Assembly: GCA_024275095.1 (NCBI GenBank)
Contig: JAJRZV010000025.1
Span: 599-64,598, forward strand
Reading direction: 5' to 3'
From: a bacterium
GTDB taxonomy: Bacteria; JAJRZV01
DNA length: 64,000 bases
Shown: positions 42,246 to 51,664 of the stretch, one piece after another
Numbering within the stretch: position 1 is the first letter of the stretch
Layout of the letters: each line of letters begins with the position of its first letter
Translations under genes and position numbers: made by a program
Notes under the pieces: generated by a model
Told to the model about the DNA's origin: nothing
Databases searched by the model: none
Seen by the model: only the letters and a program-made list of their open reading frames with translations

Positions 42246-42770
42246 TCAGTAATCTATCTCGATGAGTTCGAGTCGACCTTTTGCTGTGCGGTGAAGCACG
42301 TTGATCTTTCCGGTATCTTGGTTAATAAAGACAATAGCTCCTCCTTTTTCATCTAGCAGTAGGCGGGCATCTTCTACGGTGTAAACTTCCGGTTTTACAC
42401 TTTTGAAATCAAAGTGTTCTTCCACTTCGTCATCTTCGTATGAAGTAAAATCCCGCGCTGTCAGTCGGGAGTCAACACGTCTTTTCTGGTCCCTTACCCG
42501 ACCGAGTTTTTTGTGCAGTTGCCTGTCGATTTCATCAACCACCTCGTCCACTGCTGCCATTACATTGGCAGCTCTTTCGGAGGCAAATGCGCGGAATATT
42601 CCTTCTTTCACTTCTGCATCAACAACGTAATCATTGTTGTCTTTTTTAAGAACAAGTCTTATCGCCGGTGGGCGGTCGAAGTGTTTTTCTATTTTTCGAA
42701 AGCGTTTTTCAACGTATTCTTTTACCTGCTCATGTGATGGAACATCCTTGAATGTTATGTGGATCTTCAA
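42246..42770 (-). CDS. hpf: Ribosome hibernation promoting factor (long HPF)
   Basis: IHITFK...KEYVEKRF, AAVDEVVDEIDRQL, C-term VFINQDTGKINVLHR. TTG start after GGAGG. Upstream of ptsN. Confidence 0.85.
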   Translation of the reverse strand: MKIHITFKDVPSHEQVKEYVEKRFRKIEKHFDRPPAIRLVLKKDNNDYVVDAEVKEGIFRAFASERAANVMAAVDEVVDEIDRQLHKKLGRVRDQKRRVDSRLTARDFTSYEDDEVEEHFDFKSVKPEVYTVEDARLLLDEKGGAIVFINQDTGKINVLHRTAKGRLELIEIDY

Positions 42771-42820
42771 GTTTGACACCTCCGGCAATGTGTTTTTGAA
42801 ACCGCCCTCTATTGAAGCGC

Positions 42821-43762
42821 TCAATCGAGAATATAGTCGCGGGGATCCACAGGAACCCCATTTTTTCTCACCTCATAGTGGAGGTGAGGCCCCGTACTTC
42901 GGCCGGTATTGCCCACCGCTCCTACTACCTGCCCCCGCTCTACACGCTGTCCAGGTTGTACGTAGACTTCCGCAAGGTGGGCATACAATGTGGAAAAGCC
43001 GTATCCATGTTCAATAATTACCGTATTGCCGAAACTGCGCTCGTATTTAGCATAAACTACAATTCCATCGGCTGTTGCAAGAACAGGGGTGCCAAAGCGT
43101 GCAGCTATATCCAGACCTTCGTGAAGCTCCTGGCGTCCAGTAAATGGGTCAACGCGGTATCCAAATTCTGACGTGACCCATCCCTTGACAGGCCATATGG
43201 AAGGTGTGGAGTCAAGAAGAGACCGCTTGTCATTAAGTATGGTAAATATGCTATCGAGTATCGTCTCTTCCTGCTCAATCCTTTTTTCCAGGTTCCCGAT
43301 GCGGGCTGCCAGCAGGTCTGTTCTTTCACCTGTTTCCACCTGGGGTACAGAAACATCAAGACCAACTCCTCCTACTCCCATGAGCATTGATTCCCCTTCC
43401 TCTTCTGTACCAATGGCAATGTCTCTGATTTTTCTTCCAAGATGCTCAATGTCCGCAACTTTCATCTCTAATGCTCGCAGCTTTCTGCCCATTTCAAGAA
43501 TTCGCTGTTTCTGAGTTTGAACCTTTGTTGAAAGGGCCTTGTTGAGAGAGTGCATCTGAAAAGTGACACTGAAAAGCAAGGGCGCGGAAACGGCCAGAAG
43601 GACAACAATGGATGCACATGCAAGTGCTACGTGAACCGATTTTCTGGATACCACGTATTTTCGAACCTTGCCTTCATGGGGTATCCAGATAAACGTGTAA
43701 AAAGATTCTTTTACCTTTCTCTTCACTCCCTTCATCCAGCCTTTATTTTTATTTACATACAA
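42821..43762 (-). CDS. M23 family metallopeptidase
   Basis: PSIWPVKGWVTS.FGYR, HEGLD, YAHL, STGPHLHYEV. Confidence 0.93.
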   Translation of the reverse strand: MYVNKNKGWMKGVKRKVKESFYTFIWIPHEGKVRKYVVSRKSVHVALACASIVVLLAVSAPLLFSVTFQMHSLNKALSTKVQTQKQRILEMGRKLRALEMKVADIEHLGRKIRDIAIGTEEEGESMLMGVGGVGLDVSVPQVETGERTDLLAARIGNLEKRIEQEETILDSIFTILNDKRSLLDSTPSIWPVKGWVTSEFGYRVDPFTGRQELHEGLDIAARFGTPVLATADGIVVYAKYERSFGNTVIIEHGYGFSTLYAHLAEVYVQPGQRVERGQVVGAVGNTGRSTGPHLHYEVRKNGVPVDPRDYILD

Positions 43763-44955
43763 CTTCCCCTGTCAATAAAAACGTCCATTTTTTCTTTCCC
43801 GCGCGTATCACAGAAAATGTCTATCCTCTCCCCTCCTCGCATGAAGCTTAATTTATACACTCCACTGGTTAAATATACAACATTAGACACAACTTTATCA
43901 AAAACTTGTCCATTAATTTTGAGACGTGAAAACTCTCCGTGAATTGTCACCGGAATTCTGCGGTAATGCGCTCCCCACATAAAAAGGCTGAACAGGAGAA
44001 CCGAACATATCCATCGGGTTGCTGGCCACACATGGTGTGATATCCGCGAGCGAGCACGTGGAAATACAGGTGTCATCACTGCCGCGGGGCCATGCATTCT
44101 GCTTAAACAGGAAAGAATCACGTCTTCTTCCGGGAGATACCCGTACAGTTGCTGGATAATGCAATAAATATCTGCCAGCACCTCGTTAAAAGTTTCGGGT
44201 CTGCGCGCGATGTGATGTGAAAGGCAGCGATGCACGAGGTGTTCTACAGCTGAAGGGACTCGAACGTAATGGCTCAGAGGCGTCAGCTGGCCTCTGAGTA
44301 TTTTTTCTGAAGCTGTGGATGTTTCATCAGTTTCAAAGGGTCTACCCCCTGCGATCATTTCATACAACACAACGCCGAAGGCAAATACATCAGAGCGTTC
44401 GCTCACGCGTTCTCCTCTCAGTTGTTCCGGTGACATGTAGGAAGGCGTTCCCAGGGCCACTCCAGGTGCTGTCAGAAGTTCTGTGGCCTCGTCCAGATGA
44501 GCTACTCCAAAGTCCAGGATTTTTACCCCCCCATCTTCTGTAATGATAATATTTGAAGGTTTTAAATCTCTGTGAATAATGCCTCTTGCGTGTGCATACC
44601 TCAGCCCTCGTGCGATTTGAACACCGATAATAAGAGCTTCTTTCAATTCCAGATGTTTCAAATGATGAATGAGCTTGGAAAGAGGTATTCCCTCTACATA
44701 CTCCATTACAATGTAAAGGTCTCCCCGCTCCTGGAAAAACTCGTAAATTCTCGCGATGTTTCGATGTCGGAGTGAGGCGAGGATTTCAGCTTCGCGGGCA
44801 AAGCGTTTGACGAGTTCTTCGTCTTCCGTCAGCTCCCGCTTGAGATGCTTGACAGCAACGTATCGCCCGAGGGGCTGTTGCTGTGCCAGATATACTACCG
44901 ACATCCCGCCCCGGGCAATTTCATCGATAATTTTAAAACGGTCGCGGAATTTCAA
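43753..44955 (-). CDS. Hanks-type Ser/Thr protein kinase with C-terminal TM
   Basis: IARGGMSVVY, VAVK, HRDLKPSN, DFG, GTPSYMSPEQ. Probable TTG start at 44955 after GGAG. Confidence 0.92.
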   Translation of the reverse strand: MKFRDRFKIIDEIARGGMSVVYLAQQQPLGRYVAVKHLKRELTEDEELVKRFAREAEILASLRHRNIARIYEFFQERGDLYIVMEYVEGIPLSKLIHHLKHLELKEALIIGVQIARGLRYAHARGIIHRDLKPSNIIITEDGGVKILDFGVAHLDEATELLTAPGVALGTPSYMSPEQLRGERVSERSDVFAFGVVLYEMIAGGRPFETDETSTASEKILRGQLTPLSHYVRVPSAVEHLVHRCLSHHIARRPETFNEVLADIYCIIQQLYGYLPEEDVILSCLSRMHGPAAVMTPVFPRARSRISHHVWPATRWICSVLLFSLFMWGAHYRRIPVTIHGEFSRLKINGQVFDKVVSNVVYLTSGVYKLSFMRGGERIDIFCDTRGKEKMDVFIDRGSCM

Positions 44956-44968
44956 ACTCTCCGCTCCA

Positions 44969-45442
44969 TTATTTCTTGCTTGAAGAGGAGAGGAAGAGAA
45001 CATACGCCTCTTCGTCGCATTGTGGGAACTTGGGACAGTTAACGCAGTCTTTCCATATCTTGTTTGGAAGTTTTTCTTTCGGAACCAGCTTGAACCCCTT
45101 TTGCAGGTAGAGGTGAGGGGCTTGGGCGAGCACAAATATTTTCTTAAACCCGAACTGTTTTGCTTCTTTGATGACCCGCGAGAGAAGCCGCTTGCCCACC
45201 CCAAGGCCTCTCCATTTTTCTGCTACAACCAGGCTTCTTACTTCACACATTTCAGGAGTGGCAAAATGAAGGGCCACAACCCCTACTATTTCATCTTCTG
45301 CTTCTGCCACAATAAAGTCCCGAAGATGCTCCAGAATTTCCTGCTGGCTGCGTTCGAGTACTGCACCTGTGCGTGCAGCATGCCTGATAATGTTGTATAT
45401 ATCAAGCAGGTCTTCGAGTTTTGCTTTTCGTATCCTCACCAT
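44969..45442 (-). CDS. argA: Short ArgA-like N-acetyltransferase (GNAT)
   Basis: EVRSLVV...GLGVG, LPNKIWKDCVNCPKFPQCDE. Confidence 0.8.
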   Translation of the reverse strand: MVRIRKAKLEDLLDIYNIIRHAARTGAVLERSQQEILEHLRDFIVAEAEDEIVGVVALHFATPEMCEVRSLVVAEKWRGLGVGKRLLSRVIKEAKQFGFKKIFVLAQAPHLYLQKGFKLVPKEKLPNKIWKDCVNCPKFPQCDEEAYVLFLSSSSKK

Positions 45443-47108
45443 GAGTCCTTTCCAGGAGTTCTTCTGCATGTTTTAGTGATATGGCTGAGACGTCCCCGCT
45501 GAGCAGTTTTGCGATTTCTTTTATTCTTTTTTCCGGGCTGGTGAGTTCCATCACTTCTACACTGCTGCGGCCGCTTTTTATTCTTTTTTCTACGTGGAAG
45601 TGGGCATCTGCGCGTGCAGCTATTTGCGCCCGGTGCGTTACGAGGAATACCTGATGATGTCTGGCCAGTTCAGCCAGTTTCAGAGCCACAGCATCCACGG
45701 TTTTACCACCTATGCCCGCATCTACTTCATCGAACACCAGTATTCCGCTCCTTCCAGCCAGTGTCTTTTTTAGTGCAAGCAGTACTCTTGCCAGCTCTCC
45801 GCCTGATGCAACTTTGCTCAAAGGCTGAGGTGGCAAATCAGGATTGGCTGAAAACATAAATTCTATTTTGTCAGCCCCTGTTGATGTGAGTGAATCCGCC
45901 CCTGAATCGAGAGAGGTTTCGATTTTTATTTGGAACATCCCCTTGGTTATTCCTAAGTCCTTAAATTCTTTGCATACTGCATCACATAGGACTTTTGCAC
46001 TCTTGGTACGCTTGTGATGCAGTGTTCGGGCCATATCCTCCATGGCATTGCGAAGTTTTTCTTTCTCCTTTTGAAGTTCTCTGAGATCGAGTTCCAAACA
46101 CTCCAGCTGTGAAAATTCATCCTGTGCACGTTTCAAGTAAGAATGTATTTCTTCAACCGTTGCTCCATACTTTTTCTTCAACCGGTGAAGAAGAGCAAGC
46201 CTTTCCTGGACGTGTTCTAATTCTTCCGGATCCTCATACACTCCCTCCAATATATCTGCTGCCTGAAGTGCAGCATCTTTTAATGCTTCCACTGCACTTT
46301 CTAATGTTTCACAGAGCTCTTCCAGTTCACTGCTGAGTTTTTTTACCCTGGTTATTTCGGTTAGGGCGGAAGAGGCCAGTCCATAAGCACTGACCTCGTC
46401 GGAATAAAGGAATTCGTAAGTTTTATTCAGGGCTTCCCGGAGTTGTTCTACATTTTTCAGATAAGCACTTTTACTTCGCAACTCTTCCTCTTCACCTGGT
46501 TGAATGTTAGCATTAAGAATTTCATCTATTTCGTAACGCAGAACGTCCATGCGTCGCTCTTTCTCCCTGTTTTTCGCTTCCAGTTCTTCCAGCTGGGCTT
46601 TTATACGATGGTATTTCTCGTAGAGTTCCCGGAACCGGGTTCTTAGTTCCATAACCTGGGCGAACTCATCAAGGATTTCCAGTTGATGAGCGGGATCCTT
46701 TATTCGAATGGCTGCATGCTGTGACGTGATTTCAAGAAACTCCGCGGTTATTTGATTGAGGAATGCAAGGGATACGGCCTTTTCGTTGAGGAATGTCTGA
46801 GAGCCTTTCGGAGTAATGAGACGTCGGATGATAAGCTGATCTGATACTTCAAATCCGGCGTTTTGCAGGAGCTCTGCTGCACGTGGTGGCAAATCCCCGG
46901 AGAGGACGAGCTCGATTTCACACCGATCTTTACCGGGACGGATCATCTCTGGCCGTGTCCGCCGGCCTGTAGCAACTCCCATGGCACCGAGTATTAAAGA
47001 TTTGCCCGCTCCTGTCTCACCTGTAAAGACGTTGAGTCCTTCGGCGGGCTCGATGGTTACATCTTCAATGATGATAAAATTTTTCACTCGCAGGCGTTCA
47101 ACCTTCAA
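45402..47108 (-). CDS. recN: DNA repair protein RecN
   Basis: TGETGAGKS, ASGGELAR, VFDEVDAGIGG. Confidence 0.96.
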   Translation of the reverse strand: MKVERLRVKNFIIIEDVTIEPAEGLNVFTGETGAGKSLILGAMGVATGRRTRPEMIRPGKDRCEIELVLSGDLPPRAAELLQNAGFEVSDQLIIRRLITPKGSQTFLNEKAVSLAFLNQITAEFLEITSQHAAIRIKDPAHQLEILDEFAQVMELRTRFRELYEKYHRIKAQLEELEAKNREKERRMDVLRYEIDEILNANIQPGEEEELRSKSAYLKNVEQLREALNKTYEFLYSDEVSAYGLASSALTEITRVKKLSSELEELCETLESAVEALKDAALQAADILEGVYEDPEELEHVQERLALLHRLKKKYGATVEEIHSYLKRAQDEFSQLECLELDLRELQKEKEKLRNAMEDMARTLHHKRTKSAKVLCDAVCKEFKDLGITKGMFQIKIETSLDSGADSLTSTGADKIEFMFSANPDLPPQPLSKVASGGELARVLLALKKTLAGRSGILVFDEVDAGIGGKTVDAVALKLAELARHHQVFLVTHRAQIAARADAHFHVEKRIKSGRSSVEVMELTSPEKRIKEIAKLLSGDVSAISLKHAEELLERTHGEDTKSKTRRPA

Positions 47109-47974
47109 GGTCCGCTCCAGGAGAGTTTTTTCCTGAGAACTTCGAAGTAATTACGATTTTTTCGGCGCACAAGTTTGAGACATTTTTCAGATCGGCGGGC
47201 GAGTAGCACGTCTCCCACACGCATTGCAGCACCTGTTTGTCCATCGAGTGTGAGAAATGCACCTTCTTCTTCGCGCGAGGCTTTACGGATTTCTATTCTT
47301 ATTTCGTATTTGTCCGGGATGACCATGGGTCTTACGGTAAGGCTGTGAGGGCATATAGCAGTGATGATATGTGCTCGCACTTCTGGCTCCACCACGGGCC
47401 CTCCGGAGGCGAGGGAATAAGCGGTTGAACCAGTGGGAGTGGACACAATGACCCCGTCCGCTCGGAAGCGTGCCGCAAAATATCCGCCCACGTAGAGATC
47501 TATCTCCATCAGCCGGGCAATGGCGGATTTTGTAACAACGGCATCGTTAAGTACAATTTTCTGCATTATTTCGTGGTTGTCTCGAAGAAGGAAAGCATCA
47601 AGAAGTGCTCTTTCTTCCACTTCGCATTTGCCCTGGAGAAATTCGTCTATTGCGACTTCCATTTCTTCAGGAGAGATTTCAGTCAGAAAACCAAGACCTC
47701 CCGCATTCACTCCGAGCACAGGAAGGCCTCTTGAAACAGCTACGTCTACAGTGCTGAGGAATGTGCCATCTCCTCCTATGACGAAGATACAATCAGCGTT
47801 CGAGGAAACCTCTTCTTTTGAGTGAACGGGGAAACCCTCAGCATGGTCCTCGCCTTTGTCCACAATCAATGGCTCGATGCCCCTGCTCTCCAGCATGTTT
47901 ACCATCTTCACCAACAGTGAATGAGCGCGTTCGCTTTTGCGCTTGTACACAATCCCAGCTTTTTTTACTTTCAT
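47105..47974 (-). CDS. nadK: NAD kinase
   Basis: GGDGTFL, GLGFL, DGVIVSTPTGSTAYSLASGGP. Confidence 0.96.
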   Translation of the reverse strand: MKVKKAGIVYKRKSERAHSLLVKMVNMLESRGIEPLIVDKGEDHAEGFPVHSKEEVSSNADCIFVIGGDGTFLSTVDVAVSRGLPVLGVNAGGLGFLTEISPEEMEVAIDEFLQGKCEVEERALLDAFLLRDNHEIMQKIVLNDAVVTKSAIARLMEIDLYVGGYFAARFRADGVIVSTPTGSTAYSLASGGPVVEPEVRAHIITAICPHSLTVRPMVIPDKYEIRIEIRKASREEEGAFLTLDGQTGAAMRVGDVLLARRSEKCLKLVRRKNRNYFEVLRKKLSWSGP

Positions 47975-48087
47975 CGTTGCCCCTTTATAATTTTAGGTCA
48001 CCGTATTTTTGCAGGAGCACTTTCATTCGTTTGCTGAATTCTCCGAAAGCGCCCCGAAACCCATAATGGTATGATAACATAAAAATA

Positions 48088-49371
48088 ATGCTGTTCGATG
48101 ATGCAAAACAGGGGCGCAAACCTTTATCTGAAAGAGTAAGGCCGCGGGTGCTTGAAGATCTCATTGGTTATCCCGGCCTTACGGCAAAGGGTGGTATCCT
48201 CAGGCAGATTATAGAGAAAGACCTGCGTATTCCTCTTATTTTGTGGGGCCCACCGGGTGTGGGCAAGACATCGGTAGGACACATAATCGCTGCTGAAAAA
48301 AAGGTTCCATTTCTCGAATTCTCCACGGCCACAACACCGCCCAAACAAATTATTGACAATATCACGGCCCTGAGCGCGGCAGGTAAGGTCCCTGTTGTTG
48401 TTATAAACGAATTTCACAGATACAACAAACTTCAACAGGAGCTTTTCCTGCCGCTTATGGAATCGGGCAATTATTTTTTTGTACTTACCACCACAGAGAA
48501 CCCTTCTTTTACCTTCAAGGGTTCGATCCTTTCACGCTCCCGAATTATTCCCATGGAGCCACTTTCTGAAGAGGCAATCCTGGAAATACTCAAAAAAAGT
48601 TTTGAGAAAGATCCGGTCTTGAAGAGTTACTCGGAAAGGGTGAGTGATGAGGCTCTTGTTGCTATTGCAGAAATGGCTCGGGGTGACGCACGTTTCGCGC
48701 TTAACGCCCTGGAAGCCGTGGTAGAGGAATCAGAGGACCTTGTTACTCCGCCTGTGGTTCACCAGGTCCTTTCCCGCAAGCCATTTCATTATGACAGAAG
48801 CGGTGATGAAAGGTACATTCTTATTTCCGCTTTTATCAAGAGCATCAGGGGTTCTGACCCTGACGCTGCCCTTTATTACCTGGCACGAATGCTGGAGGAA
48901 GGCGAGGATCCCCTCTATATTGCACGCCGAATGATTATCGCTGCAGCTGAGGATATTGGACTTGCAGACCCTAATGCCCTTTCTGTAGCAGTGGCCGCGT
49001 ACTCTGCCTTTGAAAAGGTCGGCTTACCTGAAGGTTGGATTCCTCTCGCAGAGGCAACAGTGTATCTTTCTACCGCACCCAAGTCCAATGCTGCATACAA
49101 GGCATATTTAAAAGCGCGTGAAGATGTGCACAAACATCCACATTTGACAGTACCCCTCAAACTGCGCAATCCTTCCACCCCTCTTCTCGAGAGGCTCGGG
49201 TATGGTAGAGACTACGTTTATCCTCACAATCTTCCTGATGGATATTCTCCAGAGCATTATTTGCCTGAAGAGCTTAAAGGAAGGATTTATTACCGTCCCA
49301 CTGGCAGGGGTTATGAAAAATATATCGAAAAGGTGCTTTCTCGTTTAAGAAAACTTCGAAATATGGATTAA
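48088..49371 (+). CDS. rarA: Replication-associated recombination protein RarA/MgsA
   Basis: PLSERVRP, WGPPGVGKT, TTENPSF, ISAFIKSIRGSDPDA, APKSNA. Confidence 0.95.
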   Translation: MLFDDAKQGRKPLSERVRPRVLEDLIGYPGLTAKGGILRQIIEKDLRIPLILWGPPGVGKTSVGHIIAAEKKVPFLEFSTATTPPKQIIDNITALSAAGKVPVVVINEFHRYNKLQQELFLPLMESGNYFFVLTTTENPSFTFKGSILSRSRIIPMEPLSEEAILEILKKSFEKDPVLKSYSERVSDEALVAIAEMARGDARFALNALEAVVEESEDLVTPPVVHQVLSRKPFHYDRSGDERYILISAFIKSIRGSDPDAALYYLARMLEEGEDPLYIARRMIIAAAEDIGLADPNALSVAVAAYSAFEKVGLPEGWIPLAEATVYLSTAPKSNAAYKAYLKAREDVHKHPHLTVPLKLRNPSTPLLERLGYGRDYVYPHNLPDGYSPEHYLPEELKGRIYYRPTGRGYEKYIEKVLSRLRKLRNMD

Positions 49372-49463
49372 CAATCAATTCGATGGATCATTGCGGACAA
49401 AAAATGCAAACAAACTTTACGCCTGTGTTTGTAAAAAATTTATTCAATAGTGATACTTTTTGT

Positions 49464-49497
49464 CCATTGTTGTGTCAGATAGTTGACACAACAATGG
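49464..49497. promoter_or_regulatory. Perfect 14-bp inverted repeat (candidate enhancer/operator)
   Basis: CCATTGTTGTGTCA-GATAGT-TGACACAACAATGG. Confidence 0.65.
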
Positions 49498-49698
49498 CTG
49501 TTCAGGATTGGTATTTGCCATATATGGTTTTCCAAAATGGCTGGGGGATGCTCGGCACATAAGACAGATTTCGATTCTCTGGTGATGTTTTTCTGTATTT
49601 TCGTAAAATCGCAAAATACTCATGTTTTTTCTTGACAGAATTCTGAAAATGTGATTTGGTGTGGGATGGAGGGGTGTTTATTTTCTCATGTGAGGTTC

Positions 49699-49714
49699 TG
49701 GCATGATAATTGAT
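49699..49714 (+). promoter_or_regulatory. Candidate sigma54 (-24/-12) promoter
   Basis: TGGCATGATAATTGAT vs consensus TGGCACG-N4-TTGC(A/T). 45 bp before the diguanylate cyclase start. Confidence 0.5.
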
Positions 49715-49758
49715 TTATCCATTTCTCCTGTGAGGATAACGAGGAAGAGGAAAGGGAA

Positions 49759-50685
49759 ATGAACAGCATTAGAGGAAAAAGGGTGATTGTGATAGATGAT
49801 TCTCAGTCCATGAGAAAGGAAATTATAAACATGTTGAAGAAGCGGGATTTGTTTGAAGAATACGACGAGGCAGAGGACGGACTCAATGGATTTAAGAAGA
49901 TTATGGAACGGCCCTATGACATCATCCTTCTGGATGTGATGATGCCCAACCTGGGGGGATATGAATTTCTCACCTGGAAAGCCCGGCGAAAAGAACTGGC
50001 AAACGTTCCTGTGATCCTTATCACATCAGTGGATGATGTGGAGTCGAAAGTAAAGGGGCTTCAGTTAGGCGCTCATGATTATGTGGTTAAACCCTTTCAG
50101 GAGGAAGAACTTGTCGCACGGGTGGGTGTGCACCTGAAGGTAAAAAAGCTTCAGGATGAGCTTCTCTCCACGTTGAAAAAATTAGAGCATCTTTCTGTGA
50201 CGGATCACCTGACAGGACTGTACAACAGGCGGCACCTCATGGAACTTCTGCAAAGAGAATTTGACCGAAGCGTTCGCTACTCCAGCAAGCTCAGCATCAT
50301 CATGGTGGACATTGATCACTTCAAGCATTTCAATGACCGCTATGGGCATCTCACCGGTGATATGGTGCTGGTCAAGGTGGCGGAAGAGCTGCGCAATAAT
50401 CTGCGCAAGCACGATATTATAGGACGATACGGTGGCGAAGAATTTGTCATTATTTTGCCTGAAACAGACGTGAGGGGTGCGATGACTGTGGCTGAGAGGT
50501 ATCGCAAACGCATCAGTGAAAAGAACTTTGGTTCAGATAAGACACCTTTGAGGGTCACCATCAGCCTGGGAGTAGCTGGATATCCAGAGCACCCCATAAA
50601 AGATATTGATGATCTTTTGCGGCTTGCCGATACCGCCCTTTATAAGGCAAAGAGGGAAGGACGTAACAGGGTTGCTGCCGCATGA
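49759..50685 (+). CDS. Response regulator diguanylate cyclase (REC-GGDEF)
   Basis: IDDS...LLDVMMP...KPF, TDHLTGLYNRR, DIDHFK, RKHD I-site, RYGGEEF. Confidence 0.95.
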   Translation: MNSIRGKRVIVIDDSQSMRKEIINMLKKRDLFEEYDEAEDGLNGFKKIMERPYDIILLDVMMPNLGGYEFLTWKARRKELANVPVILITSVDDVESKVKGLQLGAHDYVVKPFQEEELVARVGVHLKVKKLQDELLSTLKKLEHLSVTDHLTGLYNRRHLMELLQREFDRSVRYSSKLSIIMVDIDHFKHFNDRYGHLTGDMVLVKVAEELRNNLRKHDIIGRYGGEEFVIILPETDVRGAMTVAERYRKRISEKNFGSDKTPLRVTISLGVAGYPEHPIKDIDDLLRLADTALYKAKREGRNRVAAA

Positions 50686-50697
50686 CAGCGGGTTTGT

Positions 50698-51000
50698 TTA
50701 GAAGTATCCGAGTTTTTCCTTGGCTTCTTCTGACATCATTTCCGGTCGCCAGGGTGGGTCCCACACGAGTTCAACTTTTGCTTCTTCGACTCCTTCGAGA
50801 GCTTTTATTGCCTCTTCCGCGCTTTTCATGAGCGTGGCATAAAGAGGACAACCCGGAGTGGTCATGGTCATTTTTATGTGAACACGGCCACCTTCTATTT
50901 TTACGTCGTATACAAGTCCAAGATTAACGATGTCTATGCCGATTTCAGGGTCCACGACTCTTTTGAGAGCTTCGAGAACCTTTTCCCGGGTTAATTCCAT
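50698..51000 (-). CDS. DUF59/SufT Fe-S cluster assembly protein
   Basis: DPEIGIDIVNLGLVY, TMTTPGCP, VWDPPW. Confidence 0.92.
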   Translation of the reverse strand: MELTREKVLEALKRVVDPEIGIDIVNLGLVYDVKIEGGRVHIKMTMTTPGCPLYATLMKSAEEAIKALEGVEEAKVELVWDPPWRPEMMSEEAKEKLGYF

Positions 51001-51084
51001 GAGCTCCTCCCTTTTTTCTATAAGGTTTTAAGTGATCTCGTATACCGCGAGGTGAAATTCCAATCTATAATACCTGGACTTTTC

Positions 51085-51158
51085 CGGGGCCGACGGGACT
51101 TGAACCCGCGCCCTCCGGCTTGACAGACCGGCGTTCTAACCGTCTGAACTACGGCCCC
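51085..51158 (-). tRNA. tRNA-Asp (GTC), CCA not encoded
   Basis: GGGGCCG acceptor, anticodon loop CTGTCAA, GGTTCAAGTCC. Confidence 0.95.
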
Positions 51159-51466
51159 GTAGTTTGGTGTAATCTTATAAGCGACAGGGCTATCTCGTCA
51201 ATGCTGTTGAGTCGAGACCCGGAATTCAACCCGGTATTCCATATCATACAAAAGTGTGACGAATATGAAATGATGATGGTACGGTGCGCTGTATTGTTTT
51301 GAATCATGCCGAAACGAAAAGCTGGAACACCTTTTTTTATGTGGGGCGGGTTGTTCGGTGAGCGAGTCTCACGGACATGTAGAGCATCAAATGGTTGCTT
51401 TCAGCAGCCGTGTTTTGAGGAAGGTCTCTACCATAAACAAGGTCGCTGGTTTTATAATTGTTTTAC

Positions 51467-51664
51467 ATGCGACGTAGAGTGTTTTTCTGGACGCAATTTT
51501 TATTTCTCTTGTTATTTATGGTATGGGGGTATCTGAACGCGACGTCCTTGGTGTATCCCATCAGGTATGGAAGGAAGGCCGATAAGGCTTTAATCCATCA
51601 GCAGGTGCAGGAAGGCAACCTGTCACTGCGAGAAGCACGCTTTTACACAACGCTGAAAAAATGA
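51467..51664 (+). CDS. Small membrane protein ending in LSLREARFY motif
   Basis: MRRRVFF + hydrophobic helix. Stop overlaps the amrS start (ATGA). Confidence 0.7.
   Translation: MRRRVFFWTQFLFLLLFMVWGYLNATSLVYPIRYGRKADKALIHQQVQEGNLSLREARFYTTLKK

Noticed and set aside
44956-45204. N-terminal extension of the kinase ORF
   Set aside because: Overlaps argA. A TTG start with RBS at 44955 fits the kinase domain start.
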